The notes under the pieces were generated by a model. It searched no databases, had not been told where the DNA came from, and saw nothing but the letters and a program-made list of their open reading frames with translations. A stretch of DNA of 48,459 bases, the filler included, from Catajapyx aquilonaris (Eukaryota): the NCBI GenBank assembly GCA_000934665.2. It is 2 parts of 2 records of this genome, joined end to end, with 100 filler letters (N's around TTAATTAATTAA, not from the genome) between each part and the next. Parts side by side here need not be neighbours in the genome. Positions count along the whole stretch, not along the records: positions 1 to 24,174 come from JYFJ02005554.1; 1 more part is not named here. The stretch is one strand, 5' to 3'. Position numbers and translations under genes: made by a program. Shown here piece by piece: positions 1-12,059 of the stretch; the first letter of the stretch is position 1; each line of letters opens with the position of its first letter.

Positions 1-20
1 CGACTGGTGCAACCGGCCCT
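1..20. mobile_element. Probable right terminus of a PIF/Harbinger-like element that extends out of the window
   Basis: Reverse complement reads (A)GGGCCGGTTGCACCAGTCG, next to a TTA/TAG trinucleotide, which resembles Harbinger-type TIRs. Only one end is visible. Confidence 0.35.
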
Positions 21-35
21 TAGTCGGCCCGTATA

Positions 36-272
36 CCATGGTGTTCCAGGTTCGTGGGTCACTTTTTAACTGGTATCATCCGATAGCAGTTATTTTTTGT
101 AGCTTGTTGTGCCCCTAACCATGTGCCCCATTCTATATCACCTGCTATATTCGACCCCCTAGTGGCCTAGTAGTTGTACAATGGGCCACATGGTTAGGGG
201 CACAACAAGCTACAAAAAGTAACTGCTATCGGGCGATATCAAAAAGTTACCCACGAATCTGGAACACCCTGG
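36..272. mobile_element. Tc1/mariner-type MITE (fold-back, TA TSD)
   Basis: ~95-bp imperfect inverted arms (ccatggtgttccagg...gcccctaaccatgtg / cacatggttaggggc...ctggaacaccctgg) flanked by TA at 34-35 and 273-274. Confidence 0.85.
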
Positions 273-2321
273 TAGGCTATATACCAGTATAAGAAATATT
301 ATTTAAGATTTAATAAGCATAACTTTAAACCGTACATTTACTTTAATACGAGATTGATCTAAGGCTTTCCTGGAGGCAAGATATAGGTAGTGGATACTAT
401 AAAATAATGCTGAAGTGAACATTCTCTGTGTCGATAGCAGATGTCGGGTAAATTGTACTAGGAGAATGCTAAGCTTATAAAGCCGGATCATCTCGGCATC
501 AGCTCTGGCCACATCAAAGTGCAGCCCAGGAATAAGCCTGCTGTGACTGCTGATATTAAAGGAATAAGAGTGAGTCAATTTCAGGCAGCAATTGGATGGG
601 TCTTTCTTGCCTCAAGCACTTGCCAAAGGAATATTACTGCACCAGAAACCATTGCGGGTGGAAGGGCAAGCCAGGTTGTTTTTGCCGTTTTTTTTTTTTA
701 CAACCCGATAACTGTGCATATCTCTTAGCACAAGGTATTATGATAAAAGATGCCAAGAACTCGTAAACAGGGTAATTCAATGTTGTTTTTTATAGAGTTG
801 ACTTTGTTACTGCATGCAGGTGTACAGTGTTCCAACCATTGTCATATGAAGTGCCAGTACAATGGTTTGCAAATTTCTCGCTTTTAATTTTAATTTTAAT
901 TTTAATTTTTTTTGCTGAGAGTGAATACATTGAAGCTGTTGCATAAGGACACAAGTGTAGATCGAGAAGTTTTGCGGAACATGACTGCTGGGAAAGTCTC
1001 CCCAACGGCGCCACAAGGGCTGGAAGTTGGTGCCCACGCATTTGACGGGCGAACCATTAAAAGACCTATAGGCTACTGCAATAATGTGGAATGGCGCATT
1101 GAGATGGAATTTCTAAGGCGCGTTCCAGGGAACTTCCCATTCACATTGATGCTTCGGTGCCACCTTCAGGAATGCTTTAATTCAGCTCAGGAACATCCTG
1201 CACAGGAACAATCCAATATGATGAGAAAAGAATTACAAAATGTAGCGTATAATGTATGTCTCATTTTTACCTTCCCATGTATCCAACTTTCTGAATAACT
1301 GTTGAAATTATGGTGGTCTTGACTATCACCACAGGCTAGGCATATAATAATTCATACCCCGTTATCAGCCACTATAGGCATATAATAACGGTCTTCTGTA
1401 TTAAAAGATTTGTCATGTTGGATTTTAAAATGTTGAAATTTAGAAACCCAGCTTGGTAAACAGCTGATGTGCTACGGTTAAATATCAGTACTTACATAAT
1501 CATGGATATATAATTACCGCATGCATAGTTAAGGCTGAAAAGTGACGAGTGTTTCCAAGTAAAATTTAAAGGTTGTATATACCATTTATTTTTTCAACGT
1601 ATATCTTGGGCGTATGCCAACCTACCCTGCAGATAAATTCTTCTTGAATCAAACGTCTGTTATCTTCAATCCCTTTTGATATTTGTTTTGCTTTATAGAC
1701 CTTCCGGCACCAGGAACTGGAGTCAGTTTTATAGCCGGTAGACAAATTGTGTACCCTACCTCCTCTTCTTTATTCTCAATAACACTTTTATATGGGTTAG
1801 CCGCAATATGAAAACAAAATCCACCATAATTTATCGCCTTTCCTGATTTTACTGACAGCCACGCACCTTGTTTTCATAACTTTTTCTATCTGTCCAAGCA
1901 TATAGGCTACACAGCAATCGGATGTAGGCCTACCATGAAGGAGGTGTATATTTATTTTATTTTATTGAAACGTTACAATTTATACATTTTTTTGCAACCC
2001 CTCCGCTATGCAACACCATATAAATTGACGCTTTCGGACTCTTAACGTTAAAAAATGCCTACCAACTTCCATTAAACATTGGTGTTCTGATATAATTTTT
2101 TTTTCGAACTAGCGTCAACGATTCTTACGGAAGAATAATATTTTTGCGACTATACTCCAGCCCAAAACTGGGCTTGGATCGTTGGCGGGTGTTACCACTG
2201 CACCATTCCGTCTCCCCTTGGACCGCTTCGACTTAATGCATTGTGACTTTAAAAAACCCCAGACTACTGTTAATGATTTTGAAGTTTTGAGAGAGTTTGT
2301 ACTGCGCAATGCATGTGAATA

Positions 2322-2322
<1 letters not shown>

Positions 2323-2381
<59 letters not shown>

Positions 2382-2466
2382 TACTATTACTACTACTATT
2401 ATTATTATTATTATTATTACTATTATTATTACTACTACTACTACTATTATTAATTATTAATTATTA

Positions 2467-2524
<58 letters not shown>
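2323..2524. repeat. (ATT)n microsatellite with interspersed ACT units
   Basis: Directly visible ~200-bp trinucleotide tract; it accounts for the poly-Ile and poly-Leu ORFs. Confidence 0.98.
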
Positions 2525-2526
<2 letters not shown>

Positions 2527-2661
2527 CTTTGCGTGCTGGCCTGACCATCCACCAGAGGCTTCATTTTGTAGGTCATACGAGGAGGACAGGTGTAACCTGG
2601 ACTCCGCTGGCTACCCCTGTATACGGGATTTATGCCGTGAGTAGATGATGATGATGATGAT
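2525..2661 (+). mobile_element. Possible 3' end of a non-LTR retroelement (RTE-like) with a (GAT)n tail
   Basis: Short stem-loop (cccctgtatacggg) followed by a (GAT)6 tail at 2644-2661, an arrangement typical of RTE-clade 3' ends. No ORF is left. Confidence 0.35.
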
Positions 2662-3167
2662 AGCGGGAGGGAGTCATGTTAGAGGGTGACCTCGCAACTT
2701 TCGCGCCAGGTAGCGGTAGTAGTCACGTGAGTGGGTGAGTTCGCATCCTCCACGCCAGACGGCGGAGTGACAGGTTCTCAGAATCGAGTTCGCTACCTCA
2801 TAAAGCGTATTCTTAAAAATGTTTATTTTTATTAGAGAATTATTTCCATTTCTGACGTACAATGTGTTTGGATTGAATAGTCCAATTGAAAAATGACGTT
2901 ATTTGACGCGAAGAGGAACTGAGAAAATGACCGATTTTCATTCCATGGTGATGATCATTTAATTTCCTCTGGCAATATTATGTGATAGTCATTCATTACA
3001 TAAACTCATAACCACACACTTGAAAAACGAGTGTGCCACTCTCGCGTATCTTTTAACTCAGAAGATTTAATATTTTTGATGTAAGACATTTTTCTTCTGT
3101 GAAATGATAAAGAACTCTGCTTTTGCACGACACCTTCACATATCAAAGGTTCGTGCTCTTTGTACAT

Positions 3168-3448
3168 CAGTGCTGGGCATTAATTCCGTCGTACATCTAG
3201 AGACATTTCCACGGCGGCAGAAGAGCAAATCGAAGTGATGGAGTGCGAGCCATGTGAGTAAGAAATGGTAGACCCTGGGTGACGTCACTGGCTGGGCGCA
3301 TGCCTTTTCTCGATTGCACCCAGGCAGTGACGTCACCCAGGGCCTACCATTTCTTACTCGCATGGCTCGCACTCCATCACTTCTATTCGTTCTTCTGCCG
3401 CATCAGAAAATGTCGCTAGCAGTATGACGCAATTAATGTCCAACACTG
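3168..3448. mobile_element. Tc1-like MITE, long-arm relative of the copies at 21698 and 41407
   Basis: ~130-bp inverted arms starting CAGTG(C/T)TGG; TA on the right flank; shares the gacattt..gcggcagaaga..aatcgaag segment with the other two copies. Confidence 0.85.
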
Positions 3449-3464
3449 TACTAACATGACATCA

Positions 3465-4510
3465 GAGGGGTATAGAATCAAAAGGTACCACGTAACAAAA
3501 TTTCATAAACTGAGTTAAGGACGACATCGCATAGTTGGAATCAAGACATACCACGTGGCAACAAACTGATTTCCTATATGTGACCATGTGCCATTGAAAA
3601 AAAGGGGGGAAAGTTGGAGGTTGGTATCAGAAGGTACCATGTGGGAGCAAAAATTACGCTATGGGAGAATCAAAAGGTACCATGTGCGATGGCTTTGTGG
3701 TACCATCTGGCAATGCTGCATTCTTTGCCCGGAGTGTCAGTCTGCTTGCAAGGGTGAGCGTGTGCAGACATGTCCACGAACTCGGTGAGCACAATGAGCA
3801 CCCAAAGTCCCAAAGAAGTAGGCAGGAAGGCTGCCAGGAAGAAGACTGCTTCACCCAAGGAATGGGCAGCAGCAAAAGCAAAAGTGAAGAGGTGCATATT
3901 AATGACATTAATTTCTTACATCTCAATGAATATTGCTCAATTACTTGTGTGGTGATACTGAACGCTCTTCAGACATTCTGGGAAGCCGCCTCGACTACCG
4001 ACGTGTTCACATCTCTGCAAATCGAATGCTTTTGAATGTGGGAAGCTAACTGCAGAGGATGTGCATGAGTTCAATCGCTGCTTTTATGCAGCTCCACTGA
4101 AGGAAAAACAGGATGCTTTCATATTGAAGTACACGAGTGTGAATGACTGCATCCGCAGACGAACTGGTACACCAACTGCCCCCAAGAAAACAACAACTAT
4201 CCACTACTTTGTCCGTCATCGGCAGTATTGGGCGGGGATGTTGCCATAAAGCAGCATCATTCAAGAAATTTGCCTACAGCCTTATGTATTCCCTATCAAA
4301 ACGTACCACGTGCAACAATATTAGGGTTTAAACACACTGGCCATGTCTCCTTGATTTTCAATCTACTTACCTTTCAATGCATTCTGCTAGTGTCCAACCA
4401 TGTGCCAAAACTCAGTGTTGTACCCCTAATGGTTTCCATGCTACACGTTTTCCTCATTTATCTCGAAACATGAAAAATGTTACGTGGTACCTTTTGATTC
4501 TATACCCCTC
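3465..4510 (+). mobile_element. Internally deleted DNA transposon, probably Sola superfamily, with a transposase N-terminal remnant
   Basis: 33-bp perfect TIR GAGGGGTATAGAATCAAAAGGTACCACGTAACA at both ends, partly repeated internally near 3666. Remnant peptide ...CGKLTAEDVHEFNRCFYAAPLKEKQDAFILKYTSVNDCIRRR...KTTTIHYFV (about 4036-4215) resembles the Cys/QD-x-F/RRR/T-x-x-Y pattern recalled for Sola transposases. No clear TSD. Confidence 0.7.
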
Positions 4511-7500
4511 CGTTGCAGGCATTAGTGCAAACTGGAACAAGTTTATAAGCACTAAGCATAGAAGAGCTTGTGATGCTACTCTGCAACACACTTGTTGGAG
4601 ACAAATTAAATTTACTAATGAATCTAATACTCCTGCTCGTTTTATGATTGTATCCTGAGGCTTAATGGATTTAAGAAAATCTGCAATTGCGCGAGAGGTG
4701 GAGATAAAACTCATTGCAATAAATTGACATGCCATTTTTGAAGCCCGAAATATGCAAAATGCTAATTATTTTGTTACTGGCATGCTATGCAGCGATGCAC
4801 AGGTCACGATGTGTAAAAAAAAATTGACGTCGCCTCATTTTGATCAAAAATTGATTTAATACCTTCAGCAATTGGACTCTTCATTTGTAATTCATACCTG
4901 AACCTCTAGCCCCAACGTACTTGTACAGTATACACACATGAAAGTGGAGGTGAAACGTGCGTTCTGGCTCCCCAATGAGAGGCAACTCCAATCCATTACA
5001 CCCAGCTCGCGTGAAAACCCTCTCAGCACCTGCCTTCCGACCCTTCAAACTAACACTATACCTTCATTCCCTCTGACCCTCCTCACTCGTGCAAGGGTCA
5101 CTTGTATCAATAGGGCTTCCGTATAGGAAAAGCAAGCCGAATACGAGTAAATATTATTAACATCGCATTTCTCTCCCTTTAATCTCCCTACGTAAATATT
5201 CCAAAAATGTTTGTGGAGCTTCCTTTGCAAAGCATACTGAATTATAAATAAGTTAGTCAGAGCTGAAAGCTATATAATTTGAAAATACGGTTACTTATAG
5301 AGTTGTAGTGTGGGGGAGGGCGGTGCAAGTCTAGGCGCAGGGTAAGTTAATGAAAAGCTAATTACTAAAAAACTGTCGTGCATCGGGATGAGAGACTCCT
5401 CTGGAATGGATTTCCTCTATCCTTCTTCCATCAACTGCGATTCCTTTCAAGTGTAATTCCCTCTTAAGACATTTACTATAGGTCTCTGTGTACAAATTCT
5501 GCTTATGTACAGTGCAGGCCAACATGTTTCCCATGAAAAGATAAGATTTACTTTTGATGCTTCAGATATACCGTATGCCAGACTGTTGACTACCAGTATA
5601 CAGTAATCCATTAGCTTGAGAGACCTGACAACAATTCCGGTTGTTTTCCTGCATTTTACGGGATATATCCATGCATGAAAAGCTCTACGGAATGACTATG
5701 AGCAGCTTTAAAACTGATTACAAAACCGGCCATAATCTGAATGCAAATCAGGCACACTTCCTAATCATAAGTGAATTTTGAATAACCCTGCCGTGGTAGC
5801 TTTCAGAGATTGAGTTGGCAAAATCTTGATGCTAGGGGCGTAATTTGGGAAGGAAGAGGATGATTAGTTGTATCAGTGGGAGTGGAAGTGGATCAGAGCC
5901 GTTTGATCTCCATAAATTCATTTCTGCACTCGACGCGTCCTCCTATGGCACACTTGATCAACAGCGCCATTCATTCCCAAACTTTAGCGAGCTCTATAAA
6001 TTCGAGTACGTAATTCGGATAGGAATCCATCACAGCTAACAGCCCTCTTGATAAAGGATAGCAAAAAAATATCGCCTATATATGCAGACTAGTTCAACAA
6101 ACTCACAACTCACTGACATAACATTAATTTTCTATTCCGCTTTGAAGATATAATCTTGTTTATTTATGCCATTGGAGAACTGTAGCCTTTCAGCACAGTG
6201 CGTGCGTCCCATATATGATGTGGAATCAAACTACATGGTATGATTCTCCCTCCCCTTCCCTCTCAAAGTTTCAATGGTATTCTTCGTTTGTTGGTCGTTT
6301 ATGTTACAGTAGAGCAGTGGAAAAACATCATTCGAATGGGAAGTGAGTTTACCAGTAAAGATCGTAAGGCTATAGTAGATATAGCCTAACACTTATGCAT
6401 GATAGTGCTTAAAATGAAACTGGGCAATATACTATAAGCTATAGCCTCGGTTCTCCCTCTAAGGGTTCTGCCCTATCATGGAGGAACATAAATAATAAAT
6501 AATAAAGATGTATTGCCTCCGTGATGTTGACATGTCTCCAGTTTATCATAGCAAACAGTTAAGAGAGAAACCTGATGGTGGGAGTAACAATCGTGTCATT
6601 GGGAGAGGTCAACATTCCATAACATTTCTTCCATATCCGTTGTTGGTGTGTGTACTTGGGTCACGTGTCAGGAGAGTTGTTTCATTTGCTTCCCTCGGTT
6701 TAGAGGATCCTTAACAATAAGCTGAAGTGACCGAGACTTAATTAACATCAGCTTCACATCTTCAATTACGGATCTGCTTGGTTCTCTGAATATGCCTTTC
6801 TAGATCTTGCAGATCCCGATACAAAAGAGGTCTTCAAAGTAGAGTTGTATATGCGCAAACATTCCAGTGCAAGACTGAAGTCACCATGTTCTGAATTGAT
6901 TAAAAATACCTGAGCTAAAGAAGCGCGTGTTTATGACTGAGACCTAAATTAAGAGAATACCTAAAGAATGAGGTCAGGCGTCATTCCTCCGGTAAACAAG
7001 AGTCGCCGATCCGAGTAAAATTTTTCAGTTGATTGCAGTTTTTCTTGTGACTTCAAAAGCATAATAAGAAGCTACTGTAATATTATTGTGCTCTACCTGG
7101 CATGTCGGTTATTGGGCATTGCATGCACTTGACAATTTATTTCTTTTGCCCAAAGTGCATACCACAACTGAACCCTTTTGTTTTTATTCAGGAGCTGTAT
7201 GTAGAAGGTTAAGTGGTCGATTAATGTGTACATTTTGTACACTAAAAACATTTATTGTTTGCTACAGTGGACTAATATACAGCGGCACATGCATTGCTTG
7301 TTTACCAGAATTTTTGCGCAGGTGGTGGGAGGAGCTTTTGCGCGAGAGAAAAATGCCTCGCATCGCAGATACATTATGCAACATATAAACAACACAACCA
7401 CTCCAACCACACGGCCACATCAAGAGAGACTGTAGTCCCTATAGCACGCGGAGTTGATAGGTTGACTATATAGGCCCTACCTTATAATTATAATATATTA

Positions 7501-7703
7501 TACAGTACCAGACAGATCTCGTATTCACAATCAAAATCACTATCCCTTTTCTATGGTGGCGAATTTTCGTCGTGTTTGGTGCCTGGATAGTGACTATATA
7601 GAAGCTGTTTACACGAAGCCGCTTCTAACAAATTAAGAGCGTTACGCCAATCAGAGTGGAGATCAGCCTGCTGCTGAAGGCAGACCGGAGCAGGTGGCAG
7701 AAT

Positions 7704-7781
7704 TCGACGCCTAAGGATTATATTGTCGTATGTCGTATGTTTTAACATTGGACATACGACAATATAATCCTTAGGCGTCGA
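7704..7781. repeat. Perfect 31-bp inverted repeat with 16-bp spacer
   Basis: tcgacgcctaaggattatattgtcgtatgtc (7704-7734) / gacatacgacaatataatccttaggcgtcga (7751-7781). Confidence 0.95.
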
Positions 7782-10700
7782 GATGATAGAAATTTTCTAT
7801 CTTAGATTTCTGATTTTTGGCACCTGCTATTGCTGATTCTCACGCCAGTCGCAAGATGCCAACACATCTCCTGACGCTGTTTAGATTTTTGAGTACCGGT
7901 ATGGCAGATATATCTTCAGTGAAATTATTTGTTATTATATAATATCATATAAAAACTTCTTTTTTTCCCTTTGGTAGCCTGTGGTTACAGCCACTTTGCC
8001 GACCAACCGTACTTGCGTATGAAAGAGACACATTCCTATTTTTTAAAATCATACAACACACAGTAGCACACCTAGCACAAGCACAAAGAAAAAGCTAGCA
8101 AGGAACCTACGAGTCCGAGAGACACTTTTTCCACACCCAAGCGTTGAGGATCCTGTCTTTTTCTTGTTTCCATGATGTGGCTCACATAATGACTGCTGCT
8201 ACCATAATGCAAATACAAAATTGCCTATTAAACAGTTGTATGCGAGATAAAAAATAATAATCTGCCATTACCAGCAATTTTCATTAGCATGCAACTGCGT
8301 AATCAAGCTCATGAAACAATTTTGAACTGCATGCTCTTCAGTAAGTTATTCAATGTTATTGAATGGCTGCTTATGGTAAAATGACACCATGTTGCTCCCT
8401 CTAATCCTGTATACCAAAAATTCGATGTCCACTGCAGATTCACATGGATCACGTCTGTTATGTAAATTGTTTAAAAAACGCTATCAATTGATTCCAAACT
8501 ATAAATTACGTAAATCGCTATTGTTATTCTAAATTATCCCAACGAAGACTTGCATAATGATGCACAAGAGAACCATGGCACAGTCCTTACAATAGAAATG
8601 CCATATGTAGCATTCACGCATTTCTGAGGAAATATCACATATCATGCGAGCATAAGTTGACAGGAATATGGGTAATTCAGCAGTAAATGGGAAGGCGGGG
8701 ATGTAAAGATCCAACTCATGAAATGTTTATGGCTGAATGAAATATTTCACCTGACAGGTTCTATCCCCGTCAAAACGACGTGCCATCATCAATGAATTTA
8801 CTTAAAAACTAGTGTCGTGTGACGCTGATGTAGGTTATAGATTAAATTAATTTTGTTGAAGTCGTTGGCGCCACACAGCCACTCATGATGACACCTTCAT
8901 CTCCTTGAAATATGAGTATAAATTAAAGGACCACTGTCTCCAAATTCAAAAATTTTGTGGTAATGCTCGGAATGTGTCAGTGTGGGTCCTTAGTGTCTGA
9001 AAAGTGTGTTACAATAAAAACGCATTTAACCCGGTTAAAATGCGGTGGAAAGATATCTCCTACTTTTAGACTTGCTTTGGGTTAACGAATACGCAGACCG
9101 GCATAAATCTCACTAGTAAGAAACATCTTGTAGACATCCAAACTTGGCTGCAATGAAAATGGAGAAAGAGTAGTAATATTAATTCATGTGTAATGCAGAT
9201 ATTCCAATGATAACACTCGATTTGTTGTCATGAAAAATAAGAGTCTAGGTACCAAAAATAGAAATTGCAAATTTTGCTCGCTTTCCAACTTCGCATCCGA
9301 AAGTGATGAATTTTTAACTGCATAATTACACCAGGCGTGGAACTACTGCACATAAATATTAATAATATGATGATTAGGAGGTACAGCCTGGTTTTTAAAA
9401 ATTCTCAAGTTGCCCCTCTTTGAATATTGCTCTTGCATTCACCATCCATACAATAGGCAAAATGGGTTCTCCCTGTTAAAAAGGTACTCACATCTTTAAG
9501 CCCCTATGTGTGGTGCTGATAAGTCACCTGAGTTGACGAACTTTCTGCAAGAGAAAAGCACTCCTGGAAGTTACCGATAATTATTTCCCCTTCTCCTCCA
9601 GACCTATAACTAAAAGGAGGTTGTTATCCTGATTGATTGGCGGCTTTCTTGCCAAAGGAGACTCGCGAATTGAGCCTTTTTAAGCAGAGGAAGGGAAATT
9701 GAAAGAGTGACCCTGTTTCTGACGCTCTTATATCACCCGGCGGATGTGAGGTGAGAGGGAGAATCATAAAAGAGGGCTTACTATTGCCGCCCCGCTGAGC
9801 ACATCCACTATATATTTTTTGCTCTCTATCTATACCCTGCCGGTTCATGCATGTAACTCTCTTATACTGTAAAGTGGTAGTCCGCGTGTACCATTGCATC
9901 ACATTTTTTACTTGTTTCCTTATCCTCATTGGTCGACATGGAATCACAGTTGTCATATTATAAGGAATTGTAATTTTATAAACGTATTTTTTTTTAAAAA
10001 AAATCAAAATCACTGTCAGACTTAAGCAATCCGTTGAAACCGTCCTATATTAATGAAACACTATAAATTGTTCTATTCACGTAACGTGGTCTCACCCCCT
10101 CAGAACACCAACGGAACTGTACAGTACATGTACGCGACATTTTCTGCCGATACGGATGTGAGCTAGTTCTGAAACATGTGGTTAGTTGGCGTTGTTTTCT
10201 CCTACAAATGGCGATGCACATGAGTGGTATGAGGAGGGCAGAGTTAGTTAGCGGGAAAGACCAGATTCCACTGCAGGTAGAAGCCATTCTGGCAGGAAGT
10301 TAATTTTCTGTTTTAAAAACAAACTCTGCCAACATCTTCGGGTCTAGGCGATGACTCTATCATGAATGCAGTGTTTGAGCAGAGCGAAGTTCCTTTCAGT
10401 TCTCGACGCCTTCTTTCTGGCGGAAAGAATCTGAGCCCTCGGGCGTAATTTTCAGTTTCCTCCAGAGGGTTGGGAGAAGAGGAGGAGGATGCAATTATCA
10501 TGCAAATAGCCTGCTGAAAGTTCCCAACTTAAATCTTATCTGCGCGCCCTGGTTCCAATATTGCACAATCTCAGCTATGCATTAGTGAGGGGGGGTCTCA
10601 AGGAGACTGATCATACTGTAAGGTGTGTTTCAGACGCCCCCATGCCTCACGTGCCGGAATTGGGGAACAAAGCGGCATTGTCGCAACCAGTTTGTGCCAA

Positions 10701-12059
10701 TTTTCGTGTTATTGAAAAGCTGGCGTCTCATAATTTGTGCCAGATTTTAAGGATAAGCGGATAATTTTTGCCAGATGGTGCTGAACCTGAAAGTTCTGTC
10801 ATTTCAACTTTATTATAGAAGCAGTTTTCTGCCTGGCTCACCAGATTAGCGACCCTGAATTAATAAAACTATTGTTTGCAGGTGATCTATTAAAGTGGGA
10901 AGGGTATGGTATTGCGTAGCTATGGAGCTCGGCTTTGTTTTTGCCTCTTTCTGTGTTTTTGAAATGTAATAAACTTTTGGCTTCAATAAAATGATATTTG
11001 CTTGAAGATTTTCGCAAAGAAAGGGTAAACAACAGCTCTGTCAGTTTTGCAAGTAATGGCAAGTACACAATACGACAACGTAAGAGACACGATCTTATTC
11101 GATTTTTAATGAGTTTCAAGGTTTCTGTAGAAGGCCTGATATCCCTCTCAGTTTAATGAGACAATTCCTACCCACCTCCTTTTATGGTTAGAACTGTCTT
11201 ATTAAGCTGAGAGGGTATAATAACTTATTATGTAGTATCAGATTGCAACTATATCAGTATTATTTACCTGTTTTGCTGTTTTTTGTAACTTATACTTCAC
11301 TATGGTCTACTAATTATGAATATTTTGTCCAAGTGAGAGTGTAATGAAAGAAAACAAAGCAAAACAACACACACTGACTTTGTTCCCATTGTAATTGTGA
11401 ACTTGTTTATGCAACAGTTGTACTGTAAAGCAGAATTGCAAAGTAGCCTGCCTGTATAAATATATTGCCACTCGTAGTAACTTGACCATATTATGTTAAA
11501 ACTGGTTTATGAATGATTTCGCACAAAATGGAGTCATCTATGATGTTCCAATCGGCAGTTTTATTGCACTATCAGCTTTGAATGTAGATCTAACTTAGCA
11601 CGTTTGTTAGTAACATAAAGATAAAGGGAAGTCAGAAATAAGTGCTTCTGAATGATATGACATCCTGTTAACTGACTTGACAGTCTGAAGGCATAAGAGT
11701 GGGTCATTATGGAAGTCTTTTAACATTCCGTTTCGGCCCGGCCCTCCCTCAGTGAGGTATTATTACCATCAGAATTGAACAATACATTTCTTGGACTCAT
11801 GCAAGCTGTTAACAAGATAGTTCATTAATTTTTCAAGTGCACCCCTGATATTCGTGATTACGAGTAATCATAAGGGTCCCTGAAAAGTGCTACCTGATTA
11901 CGCCAGTAGTTAATTATTATTGGAAAGATGATTACACATGTACAACCTTTACTTCTCCATATCAAGTATAACAATAGGCAGCAAAAGTAATTCCCCTTTG
12001 GAAGGCACTTGACACGTGGAGGTGCAACAATGTCACAAAACTATTGTTTGTGTTCACAG

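Noticed and set aside
1337..1388. 14-bp direct repeat taggcatataataa around 24 bp
   Set aside because: Too short to interpret; likely a local duplication.
2182..2644. Poly-Ile and poly-Leu ORFs
   Set aside because: Translations of the (ATT)n microsatellite.
8925..9425. Possible Kolobok-like element (TTAA-AGG start)
   Set aside because: The right end matches too weakly to define.
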